Below are positions 27,092 to 37,845 of a stretch of DNA of 64,000 nucleotides, in pieces. The stretch's first letter is position 1, and the number at the start of each line of letters is the position of its first letter. The notes below the pieces were generated by a model. The model saw nothing but the letters and a program-made list of their open reading frames with translations. It ran no database searches and was not told the DNA's origin. The stretch comes from Bacteroidales bacterium (GTDB lineage Bacteria > Bacteroidota > Bacteroidia > Bacteroidales > UBA7960), in contig SKRM01000057.1 of assembly GCA_007118495.1 (NCBI GenBank), positions 33,580-97,579 on the forward strand, in the 5' to 3' direction. The translations under genes and the position numbers were made by a program.

Positions 27092-28312
27092 ATGCCCAAG
27101 CCCTTTGCTTCTATGGATCAATCAGATAAGCATCATGTAGTAGTAATTCCGTCGTGGTATCCTCCTTATGGGGGTTCATTTTTTCGCGAGCACGCCATGG
27201 CGCTTGCCAGATACGGCCAAATGGATGTCACCGTACTTGCACGTCATATGCCAGGTCTGAAAAATGGGCCATTACGCTGGCTCATGCCATTTCAGGGTAA
27301 AACTGTCTCAAAGCCTGAAGCAGGGTTAACGGAAAAGATTAATTGGCTCCGCCGCATTCCGCTCGCTGACAAAAAAAACACCGAAAGGTGGGTGAACTGT
27401 ATTGTTGCTGATTTCAAAAGACATCTGCAACATAACCCAAAACCCTCTCTGGTACAGGCACAAAGCAGCATGTGGGCGGGTTTGGCAGCTGCTGAAATTA
27501 AAAAAAAATGGGGGGTTCCTTATGTTTTGACAGAGCACAGGGGACGATTTGTGTCTGGCAAAGACGGAAACTTACTTATCATGCATTGGCATAGACCGTT
27601 TCTGCATACGGCATTTTCAAATGCTTCACATATTTTGACTGTCAGCCGTTCACTGCAGCCAGGCATTCTTGAGGTTGTTCCTGAAAAAGCAACCCAAATG
27701 TCGGTTATCCCCAATATGGTTGATACCTCATTTTTCACTCCAGGGGCTGAGGAAAGCAAAAATGCAAAATTTACATTTTTATGTATTGCCCACCTGGAAA
27801 GACACAAGGGGCTGCATACACTGATCATGGCCTTTGCCGACCTGGCAAAGAGCATGGTTGATAGCCCACAACTGATAATAGCCGGAGATGGCTCCCTTGG
27901 TAAAGAGCTGCGTACAATGGTTAAAGACCTTGGTGTTGAAAAACAAATCACGTTTAAGGGCAAACTTGATAAAACTGCTATACGGGAACTCCTTTGGCAG
28001 TCAAACGCCCTGGTAGTCGCATCCCTGTTTGAATCATTCGGGGTGGTTATTGCAGAAGCTATGGCCTGTGGTATTCCGGTAGTCGCAACCCCGTCGGGTG
28101 GGCCACAAGAAATAATCACTCCCCAGACCGGTCTGGTTTCAGAATCGCATGATGTGTGTAGCCTGAAAAACACCCTGCAACATTTCATGGAGGCTTACCC
28201 TGGCTACGATAAAGAAACAATCAGGGCTTATGCTTTGGATATGTTCGGTCAAAAAAATACCATACAAAAGTATATTGCCTTATATCGCCAAATTATTCAA
28301 TCAACGCCATGA
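27092..28312 (+). CDS. Glycosyltransferase family 4
   Basis: IPSWYP, YVLTEH, VIPNMVD, KGL..L, ESFGVVIAEAMACGIPVV (E-x7-E). Confidence 0.92.
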   Translation: MPKPFASMDQSDKHHVVVIPSWYPPYGGSFFREHAMALARYGQMDVTVLARHMPGLKNGPLRWLMPFQGKTVSKPEAGLTEKINWLRRIPLADKKNTERWVNCIVADFKRHLQHNPKPSLVQAQSSMWAGLAAAEIKKKWGVPYVLTEHRGRFVSGKDGNLLIMHWHRPFLHTAFSNASHILTVSRSLQPGILEVVPEKATQMSVIPNMVDTSFFTPGAEESKNAKFTFLCIAHLERHKGLHTLIMAFADLAKSMVDSPQLIIAGDGSLGKELRTMVKDLGVEKQITFKGKLDKTAIRELLWQSNALVVASLFESFGVVIAEAMACGIPVVATPSGGPQEIITPQTGLVSESHDVCSLKNTLQHFMEAYPGYDKETIRAYALDMFGQKNTIQKYIALYRQIIQSTP

Positions 28313-29910
28313 CAGCTCCTTTTTATTTTCATGACGATGGTTTTAAACCAGTTACCTGCGGTAACATTGGTTTCAGAGGCTATCTGTTTGATGCATCAGA
28401 CAACTTCGCTGCGGGTAAAAGCGCAACAGAAAGTTTCGAACACGTTAAAACAGCCGAAGAATTGCGCGAAGTAATCACCCGTTTGGATGGTGCATTCACG
28501 GTGACCATCAATACAGATGATGGGCTGCTTATCGGCACAGATACCATGGGTCTTTTTGCCATGTACTATGCATGGGATGGTAACAACTGGTTTATTTCTG
28601 ATTCGGCACACGAAGTTAAAACACGTACAGGGATAAGCAAAGTGAATAAGTCCGCAATAGCTGAGTTTCTTTCTGCCGGATTTGTAATGGGAAAAGATAC
28701 CCTTGTGAAGGGTATAAACAGGACACGCCCGGCTGAGGTACTCTTCCTGAAAAACGACGGCAGCTGCCAGGCCATGATTTATGAACGCTTTCTGCCTGAC
28801 TATTTTTCATCCAAATCAAGGCATGATCTCGATCAGCAACTGGGGAGAGTTCTTGAAAAGACAAGCCGTCGTCTGGTTGATTCATTGCAGGGCAAAACAG
28901 CCGTCATTCCGCTGAGCGGAGGATATGACTCAAGGCTAATTGCCTGTATGCTCAAAAAGGCCGGATACACCAATGTTGTATGTATCACCTATGGCCGGCC
29001 AAACAAAGAGTCTGAGATCAGTCAAAAAGTAGCGCAAAAACTGGGATTCAGGTGGCTGTTTATTGACTACAGAGAAATCAATGCTGCAGCAGCCATCAAT
29101 GATCCCTTGTTTTTAGATTATGTAAAATACGCCGGCAACTTAAGTTCAATGCCTTTTCTACAGGAATATTTTGCAGTTGACGCCCTCACAAAATCGGGAG
29201 CAATCACTGAAGATGCCATATTTTTACCCGGCCATACAGGTGACTTTTTGGCCGGAAGCTATGTGGAGAAAACAGCGGTATGCAATACCATGAAGTACGA
29301 CAGACCCACCTGGCTGCTGAAACAATATTTCTCTTTTATTCAGCCGGGAAAGGCCATGGGTGAAACAATCAGGGGGCGGATTGCAGCATGGTTTGACAGC
29401 CAGGAATTTCCTGCCATAATTAACTGCCAGGGATATGACCCATTGGTTGAGGAGTGGGACCTGAAAGAAAAAATATCAAAATTCATTTTTAACTCTTCAA
29501 GGGTGTTTCCCTTTTTCGGATATCAGTTCCGATTTCCTTTATGGGACAGGCAGCTCAGGTTATTTTTCCGCCGCCTCCCCTACCCCTTGCGTTCATTTAA
29601 GTCATTATACGACTATCATCTCGAAGAACAATATTTCAAGCCATTGGGGGTATACTTTAACCGTGATGAAATCAGGGAACAAAAGACGCAGTTGCAGATT
29701 CAGTTCGTCAAAAGCAAACTAAAACCTTTTGTCCCGGAGTTTATTAAGAAGAGTCGGATAAGCAAACGTGATTACCTGTGCTATAAGCATTTTACACGTG
29801 TGATGGCCGCAGAACTAACAAAAGAGGGAACCAGGCCGGTGAAAAAATTCAATAGCTATAATGCCCTTATTTGTCAGTGGTATGTAGAAAAATTTACAGA
29901 CAATCCCTAA
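28309..29910 (+). CDS. Asparagine-synthase-related ATP pyrophosphatase/amidotransferase
   Basis: LDGAF, GTDTMG...MYY, PP-loop PLSGGYDSR, PGHTGDFLAG, FPLWD; ATGA overlap with GT4. Confidence 0.8.
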   Translation: MTAPFYFHDDGFKPVTCGNIGFRGYLFDASDNFAAGKSATESFEHVKTAEELREVITRLDGAFTVTINTDDGLLIGTDTMGLFAMYYAWDGNNWFISDSAHEVKTRTGISKVNKSAIAEFLSAGFVMGKDTLVKGINRTRPAEVLFLKNDGSCQAMIYERFLPDYFSSKSRHDLDQQLGRVLEKTSRRLVDSLQGKTAVIPLSGGYDSRLIACMLKKAGYTNVVCITYGRPNKESEISQKVAQKLGFRWLFIDYREINAAAAINDPLFLDYVKYAGNLSSMPFLQEYFAVDALTKSGAITEDAIFLPGHTGDFLAGSYVEKTAVCNTMKYDRPTWLLKQYFSFIQPGKAMGETIRGRIAAWFDSQEFPAIINCQGYDPLVEEWDLKEKISKFIFNSSRVFPFFGYQFRFPLWDRQLRLFFRRLPYPLRSFKSLYDYHLEEQYFKPLGVYFNRDEIREQKTQLQIQFVKSKLKPFVPEFIKKSRISKRDYLCYKHFTRVMAAELTKEGTRPVKKFNSYNALICQWYVEKFTDNP

Positions 29911-29940
29911 AGGATGTCTGCAAACTGAGCTGTATGAGAG

Positions 29941-30498
29941 CTATTCGCTGATTTTTCCGTTAAAGGCCGATATAAACTCTTGAAGATCTTGATCATCATC
30001 AAAAGCCCTGGTTTCAAAAAACGCCAGCAAAGCTTCAAAATTCTGCGGAGGCCGGTACCCAGGAATAGCAGTCAGCAAGTCAAGGTTTTCATCAAAAAAG
30101 GCCATACTGGGATAGCTCATGCGGCCCTGCAGCAATGCAATGGCAAAGTCATGGGCAGCCCTTCTCTGTCCGGCATTGCTATTGACGTAAGTCTCACCTC
30201 TGAAAACAATTGGTTCGGTTTGTTCGGCATTGAGCTTTACCGGATAAAATGAATTATTCATGTATTCTGCTATCACAGGATGGGCAAACGTTTCTGCTTC
30301 CATGCGTCTGCACCATGAACACCAATCGGTGGTGACAAAAACCAGAACCATACGTGGTTCTTTGGCAACCTGTTCCTGGGCTTGTTCAATGGTAAGCCAG
30401 TTTACACCCTTGTCTTCATTGGCCAAAAGGCTTGAGTTAAGCAACATAAACAGCCCCACCGCAATACTGGCGACGAGCACACCTGGTCGTATCATCAT
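29941..30498 (-). CDS. Exported thioredoxin-fold protein (DUF255-like)
   Basis: Signal peptide, TDWCSWCRRME..TF, VKLNAE, SYPS. Confidence 0.85.
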   Translation of the reverse strand: MMIRPGVLVASIAVGLFMLLNSSLLANEDKGVNWLTIEQAQEQVAKEPRMVLVFVTTDWCSWCRRMEAETFAHPVIAEYMNNSFYPVKLNAEQTEPIVFRGETYVNSNAGQRRAAHDFAIALLQGRMSYPSMAFFDENLDLLTAIPGYRPPQNFEALLAFFETRAFDDDQDLQEFISAFNGKISE

Positions 30499-30675
30499 AT
30501 AATTTTTTAGTTATTTAAAATGTACTTCCCCAAAATTAATCAAAACCAGAGGAACACTTGGATATTTAACAATTGAGTCATGTATATTGTTTGTTACACT
30601 TCAGCTTTTGTCAGCAACATTGCCATGGTAGCGACATGAAAAAAATTCATGTACATTTGCTTTTATTTTGTCGGG

Positions 30676-31905
30676 ATGTTCTGGAAAAAGCAACATAAAA
30701 AATCATTATCGCCTGGTCGGTTAAGCTGGAAGAAATTCAGCAAAAATCCGGCCGCCATGATGGGCCTTTTTTGGATTACGCTGTCGGCTTTTCTCGCCCT
30801 TGCAGGCTACCTGCTGATCCCTGACAAAACACCCTATGCCAATCACCAGCAACTGGAACTGGCAGCCCACAAGCCAGGAACACAGGCAGTAGTCCTTAAG
30901 GTTACCCGAAATCAGGTATACACCAAACCCGGGTTTTTGCAAAGAATTATCTGGGGGGTACCTTCTCCTTTTACCACAATAACTTTACAAGACTGGTGGT
31001 TTGAGGATGAAAAGCTTTATTACGAATCGTATCCCGGGCAAGCCGGGTATCCGGGGCTGATAGCCTATGTCAATATTGCAGATGTGGCTTATGCCCTTGA
31101 TCCCACTAAAGATATTGAACGCACCAGTGATGATATGTTGGTGTTCAGAGATACTGGCCAGAAAAAGCATACCGTGTCAATAGCCGGGCTTCAACTTAAA
31201 GTTGCAGAAAATCATATCCAAAAAAGACGATTCATTCTGGGGACCGACCGTTTTGGCAGGGATATGCTCAGTCAGCTGGTGATTGGCACCAGGGTTTCAC
31301 TTTCAGTGGGATTTGTTGCCGTTTTTATATCACTACTCATTGGTGTAAGCCTGGGCAGTCTGGCCGGTTTTTTCCGGGGGCGACTTGATCAGTTCATTGT
31401 CTGGCTGATCAATGTGATATGGTCTATTCCCACCTTACTGCTTGCCATAGCCATTACTTTTGCCCTGGGCAAAGGGTTCTGGCAGGTATTTGTGGCTGTG
31501 GGACTTACCATGTGGGTTGAAGTGGCCAGGCTGGTAAGGGGGCAGGTCATCAGCATCAGGGAACAAGAATACGTTGAATCAGCGCGGGCTCTCGGGCTTG
31601 GAAACCTGAGAATAATCAGGCGCCACATATTGCCTGTGGTTATGGGACCCGTTGTTGTTATATCTGCCGCCAATTTTGCTTCGGCCATTCTGATTGAAGC
31701 CGGTCTGAGTTTTTTGGGGATTGGCGTCCAGCCGCCCATGCCTAGCTGGGGAACCATGATCAGGGAGCATTATGGATTTATCATTCTCGAAAAGGGATAC
31801 CTGGCCTTTCTGCCTGGCATAGCCATCATGCTGATGGTTCTTGCATTTATGCTTCTTGGAAATGGATTAAGGGATGCCCTTGACAAAACAGCAAAAGACC
31901 AATAG
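30676..31905 (+). CDS. ABC transporter permease (DppC/OppC type)
   Basis: LGTDRFGRD, SIPTLLL, EYVESARALG (EAA loop), EAGLSFLG.GVQPP.PSWG; start at ATG 30676 after TACATTTG at 30652-30659. Confidence 0.9.
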   Translation: MFWKKQHKKSLSPGRLSWKKFSKNPAAMMGLFWITLSAFLALAGYLLIPDKTPYANHQQLELAAHKPGTQAVVLKVTRNQVYTKPGFLQRIIWGVPSPFTTITLQDWWFEDEKLYYESYPGQAGYPGLIAYVNIADVAYALDPTKDIERTSDDMLVFRDTGQKKHTVSIAGLQLKVAENHIQKRRFILGTDRFGRDMLSQLVIGTRVSLSVGFVAVFISLLIGVSLGSLAGFFRGRLDQFIVWLINVIWSIPTLLLAIAITFALGKGFWQVFVAVGLTMWVEVARLVRGQVISIREQEYVESARALGLGNLRIIRRHILPVVMGPVVVISAANFASAILIEAGLSFLGIGVQPPMPSWGTMIREHYGFIILEKGYLAFLPGIAIMLMVLAFMLLGNGLRDALDKTAKDQ

Positions 31906-31911
31906 TTTTCA

Positions 31912-32556
31912 TTATTCCTTATTGCCCAGCATGGGAACAAACCTGAACTGGCCAAAGCGCTGCTCTTCAAGATTTTCATCACCATGCTTGATAATACGGG
32001 TCATGATCTGTGTCCCACCCCCGCCAACAGGTATAACAAGCATTCCACCTGTTTTGAGTTGCTGGATGAGCGCCTCAGGAATGGCCGGGGCAGCAGCTGT
32101 AACCAGGATGCGGTCAAAGGGTGCAAATGCTGGCAGGCCTTTATACCCGTCACCATAAAATAGTTTTGCCGGGCAATTCATGGCTTCAAGCAGCTGCCTG
32201 GCTCTCGTGTAGAGCGACCGGTGTCGCTCAATCGTATACACCCTGACTCCCATTTGGGCCAGTATAGCCGCCTGATATCCGCTTCCTGTTCCTATTTCAA
32301 GCACCTTAAGTCCTTTTTTAACTTCAAGTAGTTCTGTCTGAAAGGCAACGGTATACGGCTGGCTGATGGTTTGCCCTGAACCTATGGGGAATGGCTTATC
32401 TTCATAGGCTATTTCAACAAAAGATGAATCAAGAAAAAAGTGCCTCGGAACTGCCTCAAGCGATGCGAGCACGTCCTCATTTCTGATGCCTTTGGCCCGA
32501 ACCTCTTCAACGAGTCTTTTCCGCAAGCCTTTGTGTCTGTATGTATCTGTCAGCAT
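31912..32556 (-). CDS. pcm: Protein-L-isoaspartate O-methyltransferase
   Basis: VPRH.F, AYED..PIG.GQTISQP, VLEIGTGSGYQAA, APFDRILVTAAA, FVPM. Confidence 0.95.
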   Translation of the reverse strand: MLTDTYRHKGLRKRLVEEVRAKGIRNEDVLASLEAVPRHFFLDSSFVEIAYEDKPFPIGSGQTISQPYTVAFQTELLEVKKGLKVLEIGTGSGYQAAILAQMGVRVYTIERHRSLYTRARQLLEAMNCPAKLFYGDGYKGLPAFAPFDRILVTAAAPAIPEALIQQLKTGGMLVIPVGGGGTQIMTRIIKHGDENLEEQRFGQFRFVPMLGNKE

Positions 32557-32681
32557 AGTCAATGGAAAGCCTTCCTGGTGTTTCAAATAGTCAAACCCTA
32601 TGCGAAAATAAACATTTCAGACACCATAAAAAACTTTACATTTGTTAATTCAACCAACATTCAACACAAAAGCTTACCATT

Positions 32682-33671
32682 ATGATTAATAAAATAGGGG
32701 TTTTGGGTGCAGGCCACCTGGGAAAAATTCATATAAAATGCATACTGGCCTCTGATGATTTAGAACTTGTAGGATTTTATGACCCCGACAAGGAAACAGC
32801 CGAAGCTGTTGAAAAAACATTTAACGTTCAAAGGTTTAGTTCAGCTGAAGAACTAATTGCCGCCTCAGACATTGTGGATATTGTCACACCTACCGTGTCG
32901 CATTATGACTGTGCATCAAGTGCCCTGAAACATGCACGGCATGTATTTATCGAAAAACCGCTGACCACTACCCTCTATGAGGCCCGCAAACTCATTGAGC
33001 TGGCAGGCGAAGCCAATGTCAAGGTCCAGGTCGGCCATGTGGAACGCTTTAATCCGGCTTATATAGCAGCCAAACCATACCTCAATAATCCAATGTTTAT
33101 CGAAGCCCATCGTCTGGGCCAATTCAATCCGAGAGGTACGGATGTCCCTGTAATTCTCGACCTGATGATCCATGACATAGACATCATCCTGAATGTGGTT
33201 AATTCTGGTGTTAAGAAAATTTCTGCCAGTGGTGTGGCGGTTGTTTCTGATACGCCGGATATAGCCAATGCCCGGCTTGAATTCAACAATGGGTGCGTAG
33301 CAAACCTGACCGCCAGTCGTATTTCTATGAAAAATATGCGCAAAACCAGGTTTTTTCAACGCGATGGATACATTGCCGTCGATTTTCTCTCAAAAGAAAC
33401 CCAGATCATACGCCTGAAAGATCTTGACGCCAGTCCTGACCCTTTTGCCATGGTCATCGACATGGGTCCCGAAAAAAACAGCAAGCAAATCTGGGTTGAA
33501 AAACCTGAAATTAAATCGATCAATGCCATCAAAACTGAATTGGAGACATTCAACGAATCAATCGTTAACAATACGGAGCCCCTGGTGACTATCATGGACG
33601 GTTATGCTTCACTTGAAGTTGCATACCAAATCATGGAAAAAATCGAGAACAATATTCAACTACTTACCTAA
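32682..33671 (+). CDS. Gfo/Idh/MocA oxidoreductase
   Basis: GAGHLG, FIEKP, VGHVERFNP, DLMIHDID; TACATTTG box at 32637-32644. Confidence 0.92.
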   Translation: MINKIGVLGAGHLGKIHIKCILASDDLELVGFYDPDKETAEAVEKTFNVQRFSSAEELIAASDIVDIVTPTVSHYDCASSALKHARHVFIEKPLTTTLYEARKLIELAGEANVKVQVGHVERFNPAYIAAKPYLNNPMFIEAHRLGQFNPRGTDVPVILDLMIHDIDIILNVVNSGVKKISASGVAVVSDTPDIANARLEFNNGCVANLTASRISMKNMRKTRFFQRDGYIAVDFLSKETQIIRLKDLDASPDPFAMVIDMGPEKNSKQIWVEKPEIKSINAIKTELETFNESIVNNTEPLVTIMDGYASLEVAYQIMEKIENNIQLLT

Positions 33672-33784
33672 GTAAAATTAAAGGCTCATTCTGTTCATTT
33701 CAATGTCGCTGCAGAACAATATGTGTTTGCTGTTGCCGTTACTCTTTTATAGAAATCCCTGGTCGTTTTACTTGAACAAGTTAC

Positions 33785-35209
33785 ATGGACAAACGGTTAC
33801 AAAAGCTTCAACTTTTTAAGTTTGTTTTTTTTGACTTTCTGGCAGCCGTCCTGGCCTGGATATTGTTTATCAGTATTCTCAATGCCAATAATGGTTTTGC
33901 GTTTGATACAATCAGGGAGCAGCTGTTCATCGAAGAGAACCTGCTATTCAGCCTGATTATCATTCCTTTTTTCTGGCTTCTGCTATATTATATCACCGGG
34001 ACATATAACAATGTTTTTAAGCGTTCAAGGTTAGGACAGTTTGGACAGACCATTTTCATCAGCCTGATAGGTGTGCTGGTAATATTTTTTGTTATCCTTC
34101 TCGACCAGGAAGTTACCACCAGCAAAGAATATTTTCAGTCGCTGGTAATACTCCTTTTGCTTCACACCACATTAACATCGACCATACGCTTCATTCTCTC
34201 ATCAAGACTAATAAAAAAAATCCACAACCGGCAGATCGGTTTTAACACACTGATTATCGGAAGCCAGAAAAAAGCAGTTGAAATAACCAGAGAACTTGAG
34301 TCGCAAAAAAAATCATCGGGAAACAAGCTTATTGGCTATGTCTATACGGGGAAAAATGAAGAACACATCATGGATGGGATTCTTCCATGCCTCGGAAGCT
34401 TTGCCAATATCAGAGATATAATTGCAAGCCATGAAATTGAAGAAGCCATCATCGCACTTGAGCCCAGAGAGCATAAAAATATCGGAAAGATGCTTACTGA
34501 GCTTTATTCAACAGATGTGACAGTAAAGATTATTCCTGATTTGCACGATATCTTGCTGGGGGCAGTAAAGATGACTTCCATATTCGGAACTCCTCTTATT
34601 CAAATCCAGTCAGGTCTGATGCCTGCCTGGCAACAATCAATCAAAAGGTTTATCGATGTGGCCGTTTCTCTTTTCAGCCTGATCATCCTGTCTCCCCTTT
34701 TTCTGATTACAGCCGTTGGTGTAAAACTTTCAAGCAAAGGCCCGGTATTCTACCAACATAAGCGTATCGGGCAACATGGGAAACCATTTATGATGCATAA
34801 ATTCAGATCTATGTATGTGGATGCTGAAAAACACGGACCCCAGCTTTCTTGCAAGGATGATCCACGGATAACACCATTTGGCCGGTTTATGAGAAAAGTC
34901 AGGCTTGACGAGATTCCACAATTTTACAATGTACTGCTGGGATATATGTCGCTGGTAGGTCCACGACCCGAAAGGCAATACTACATTGACCAGATCGTAA
35001 AAAAAGCACCCCACTATAAACTGCTTCAAAAAATAAAACCTGGTGTAACCAGTTGGGGTCAGGTTAAATTCGGGTATGCTGAAAATGTTGATGAAATGAT
35101 TGAGCGTCTCAAATACGACCTGCTGTATCTCGAGAACATGTCACTGGCTGTTGACTTTAAAATACTGATTTATACCGCACTCATCATTCTTCAGGGTCGG
35201 GGGCAATAG
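33785..35209 (+). CDS. Undecaprenyl-phosphate phosphoglycosyltransferase (WcaJ/WbaP-like)
   Basis: N-terminal TMs, CoA-binding-like middle, KRFID, KFRSM, DDPRIT, RLDEIPQ, MSLVGPRPE, KPGVT.WGQV. Confidence 0.93.
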   Translation: MDKRLQKLQLFKFVFFDFLAAVLAWILFISILNANNGFAFDTIREQLFIEENLLFSLIIIPFFWLLLYYITGTYNNVFKRSRLGQFGQTIFISLIGVLVIFFVILLDQEVTTSKEYFQSLVILLLLHTTLTSTIRFILSSRLIKKIHNRQIGFNTLIIGSQKKAVEITRELESQKKSSGNKLIGYVYTGKNEEHIMDGILPCLGSFANIRDIIASHEIEEAIIALEPREHKNIGKMLTELYSTDVTVKIIPDLHDILLGAVKMTSIFGTPLIQIQSGLMPAWQQSIKRFIDVAVSLFSLIILSPLFLITAVGVKLSSKGPVFYQHKRIGQHGKPFMMHKFRSMYVDAEKHGPQLSCKDDPRITPFGRFMRKVRLDEIPQFYNVLLGYMSLVGPRPERQYYIDQIVKKAPHYKLLQKIKPGVTSWGQVKFGYAENVDEMIERLKYDLLYLENMSLAVDFKILIYTALIILQGRGQ

Positions 35210-35211
35210 GC

Positions 35212-35814
35212 TTATATTAGCCCGGCTTCGATCAGCTGCACAATCTCTTCAATGATGGCGTCTTCACCTGCAGGATCATATGAAGTTTTGAGGTTATAAC
35301 CAAACAACCGCCCCAGCGATTGCCAAAAGACGGCAGAAAAAGCCCCCCTGAACTCTCTGAGTATTTCATATGAAGTATGGCTGGTCTCCCGGTCTATGAG
35401 CTTGATCAGTATCAGACCCTGAGAAAAATTGAGCCTTTTCAGATCGTCCCCAAACTGTTCCTCGATTTCCTTTTCAGCAGAGCGAACAAAACGTTGTCTT
35501 TCTCTTTCGCTCTCCAGTTCAAGCAAACGGGCACTGTATTCGTCAAACATTACCCCTGCCTGACGGGCATATGGATATACCGTTTTTACATTTTGTACCA
35601 TCCTGTTATACCGGTAGGCAGCAAACCTGTTACGAAACTGCCGGGATGCGACCACCTCCACAGGCTTTAGCTCAATGATCAATAAAGTATCGCCATTTTC
35701 GACCCTCGCACCCACAGTGGTTCCACGTATTTCGCGGGGCAAAGGGGGGGGTGGCTGATCTAATGTATCAGGCAACCAACAACTTAAGATTGTGTATACA
35801 AGAATGGTGAACAT
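35212..35814 (-). CDS. DUF4294-like protein
   Basis: NVKTVYPYA, SQG.ILIKLIDRET..TSY, FWQ....FG..LK..YDP. Confidence 0.75.
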   Translation of the reverse strand: MFTILVYTILSCWLPDTLDQPPPPLPREIRGTTVGARVENGDTLLIIELKPVEVVASRQFRNRFAAYRYNRMVQNVKTVYPYARQAGVMFDEYSARLLELESERERQRFVRSAEKEIEEQFGDDLKRLNFSQGLILIKLIDRETSHTSYEILREFRGAFSAVFWQSLGRLFGYNLKTSYDPAGEDAIIEEIVQLIEAGLI

Positions 35815-35886
35815 GACGATAGCGAACTTACTTGTCAGTAAAACGCTTTAAAGTATAAAAAATTTCGGAAGATTCAAAGTGATGGT

Positions 35887-37131
35887 CTAGGATGCGACCC
35901 TCAAAGTACCCAGGCGGGCCTTTTCAACATGTTGACGGGCATAGTCAAGTGTAAGCTTAAAAACACCGCCTTCTTGATTTCCTTCTGGAATATCATACAT
36001 GGCGTCAAGCATGATGATTTCACAGATTGATCTCAGTCCCCTGGCTCCAAGCTTGAATTCAACCGCTTTGTCAACAATGTATTCAAATACGTCTTCGTCT
36101 ATATCCAGCTTGATGTTATCCATTTCGAATAACTTGACATATTGCTTAACAAGTGAATTTCTGGGCTCTGTGAGTATCTGACGCAAAGCATCTCTGTCAA
36201 GGGGTTTCAAATATGAAAGCACAGGCAATCTGCCCACCAGTTCAGGGATCAGGCCAAAGCTTTTCAGGTCTTGTGGTGCTATATATTGCAAAATATTCTC
36301 CCTGTCGATGCGTCCGGTTTTGCTGGCACCATATCCAATGGCATTGGCATGCATGCGGGCCATAATCTTCTTCTCAATTCCATCAAAGGCACCTCCGCAT
36401 ACAAACAGGATATTCTGGGTGTTTACCTGGATCATCTTCTGCTCAGGATGTTTTCTACCCCCCTGAGGCGGGACATTGACTATGGCTCCTTCAAGCAATT
36501 TTAACAAGGCCTGCTGAACCCCTTCACCGCTTACATCGCGGGTAATAGACGGGTTGTCACTCTTGCGGGCTATTTTATCGACCTCATCTATAAATACAAT
36601 GCCACGTTCTGCGGCTGTCACATCATAATCAGCAACCTGAAGCAGTCTGGCCAGAATGCTCTCAACGTCTTCACCCACATAACCTGCTTCAGTAAGTACG
36701 GTTGCATCTGCAATACAGAAAGGAACCTGCATTTTTTTTGCAATGGTTCTCGCCATAAGGGTTTTTCCGGTTCCGGTCTCACCCACCATGACAATATTTG
36801 ATTTTTCCAGCTCAACACCATCGTGATCACCCTCTGTTGAGCGAATGTAGTTGATCCGTTTATAATGATTGTAAACAGCAACCGACAAAACCTTTTTAGC
36901 TTCTTCTTGCCCAACTACATACTGGTCAAGATGCTTCTTGATTTCGTGGGGTTTGAAGAGTTTAAAGGAAGGTATTTTCTGCTTTTCTTTCAGGGCCTTT
37001 TCTTCAGACACAATCAAGCCTGCCTGTTCTACACAACGCTCACATATGTGGGCACCGACTCCTGAAATGAGCATGTCCACCTTTTGGCCTTCACGACCGC
37101 AAAAAGAGCATTTTCTGTCATCCTTTGTCAT
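35887..37131 (-). CDS. clpX: ATP-dependent Clp protease ATPase ClpX
   Basis: CSFCG..C..C zinc finger, [34 protein letters not shown]. Confidence 0.98.
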   Translation of the reverse strand: MTKDDRKCSFCGREGQKVDMLISGVGAHICERCVEQAGLIVSEEKALKEKQKIPSFKLFKPHEIKKHLDQYVVGQEEAKKVLSVAVYNHYKRINYIRSTEGDHDGVELEKSNIVMVGETGTGKTLMARTIAKKMQVPFCIADATVLTEAGYVGEDVESILARLLQVADYDVTAAERGIVFIDEVDKIARKSDNPSITRDVSGEGVQQALLKLLEGAIVNVPPQGGRKHPEQKMIQVNTQNILFVCGGAFDGIEKKIMARMHANAIGYGASKTGRIDRENILQYIAPQDLKSFGLIPELVGRLPVLSYLKPLDRDALRQILTEPRNSLVKQYVKLFEMDNIKLDIDEDVFEYIVDKAVEFKLGARGLRSICEIIMLDAMYDIPEGNQEGGVFKLTLDYARQHVEKARLGTLRVAS

Positions 37132-37152
37132 ATGCGGATGGCGTTGGGGTGT

Positions 37153-37842
37153 TTATTTGTCTTTATTTGCCTTATTGGCTATGAGCACTTCATCGATCAT
37201 ACCATAAGCCTTTGCTTCATCTGAAGTCATCCAGTAGTCTCTGTCTGCATCTTTCCAAATCTGCTCATACTCTTTTTTGGAATGATGGGCGATTATTTCA
37301 TACAACTCTTTTTTGATCTTTTGGATCTCACGGGCAGTAATTTCGATATCCGAAGCCTGTCCTTCAGCTCCACCCATGGGTTGATGAATGAGAATACGGC
37401 TGTGCTTCAGTGCAGTGCGCTTTCCGGGACTCCCGGCACTCAGCAGAACTGCACCCATAGAGGCTGCCATTCCGGTACAGATAGTGGCTACGTCAGGTGC
37501 GATATATTGCATTGTGTCGTATATACCCAAGCCAGCATACACCGAGCCACCGGGTGTGTTCAAATATATCTGGATATCCTTTTTCGGATCAACTGACTCC
37601 ATATAGAGTAGTTGTGCCTGAATGATATTGGCTACATAGTCATTGATGGGTACCCCCAGAAAAATGATCCTGTCCATCATCAGTCGGCTGAACACGTCCA
37701 TGGTGGCAACATTCAACTGCCTCTCTTCAATGATGGTAGGGCTGATATAGTTTCCATACACCGAAGTGTAATTATGCATCGTTTGGCTGCTGATGCCCAT
37801 ATGCCTGGTGGCAAACTTTTGAAAATCATCCCTGTTACTCAT
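37153..37842 (-). CDS. clpP: ClpP protease
   Basis: DVFSRLMMDRIIFL, YLNTPGG, AASMG, IHQPMGG, DRD. Confidence 0.98.
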   Translation of the reverse strand: MSNRDDFQKFATRHMGISSQTMHNYTSVYGNYISPTIIEERQLNVATMDVFSRLMMDRIIFLGVPINDYVANIIQAQLLYMESVDPKKDIQIYLNTPGGSVYAGLGIYDTMQYIAPDVATICTGMAASMGAVLLSAGSPGKRTALKHSRILIHQPMGGAEGQASDIEITAREIQKIKKELYEIIAHHSKKEYEQIWKDADRDYWMTSDEAKAYGMIDEVLIANKANKDK

Positions 37843-37845
37843 GGC

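Noticed and set aside
27520-28188. Long antisense ORFs (222 aa here; also 44445-45056)
   Set aside because: They lie entirely opposite well-supported genes and show no recognisable motifs.
26906-29910. Genomic island inserted at tRNA-His
   Set aside because: No integrase, no partial tRNA duplication and no obvious compositional shift; the genes lie on the 5' side of the tRNA.
35738-35755. Polyproline run (PPPPLP) in the DUF4294-like protein as another arrest motif
   Set aside because: It lies just after the N-terminal hydrophobic segment of a full-length protein, has no preceding Arg and is not near a stop codon; probably a linker.
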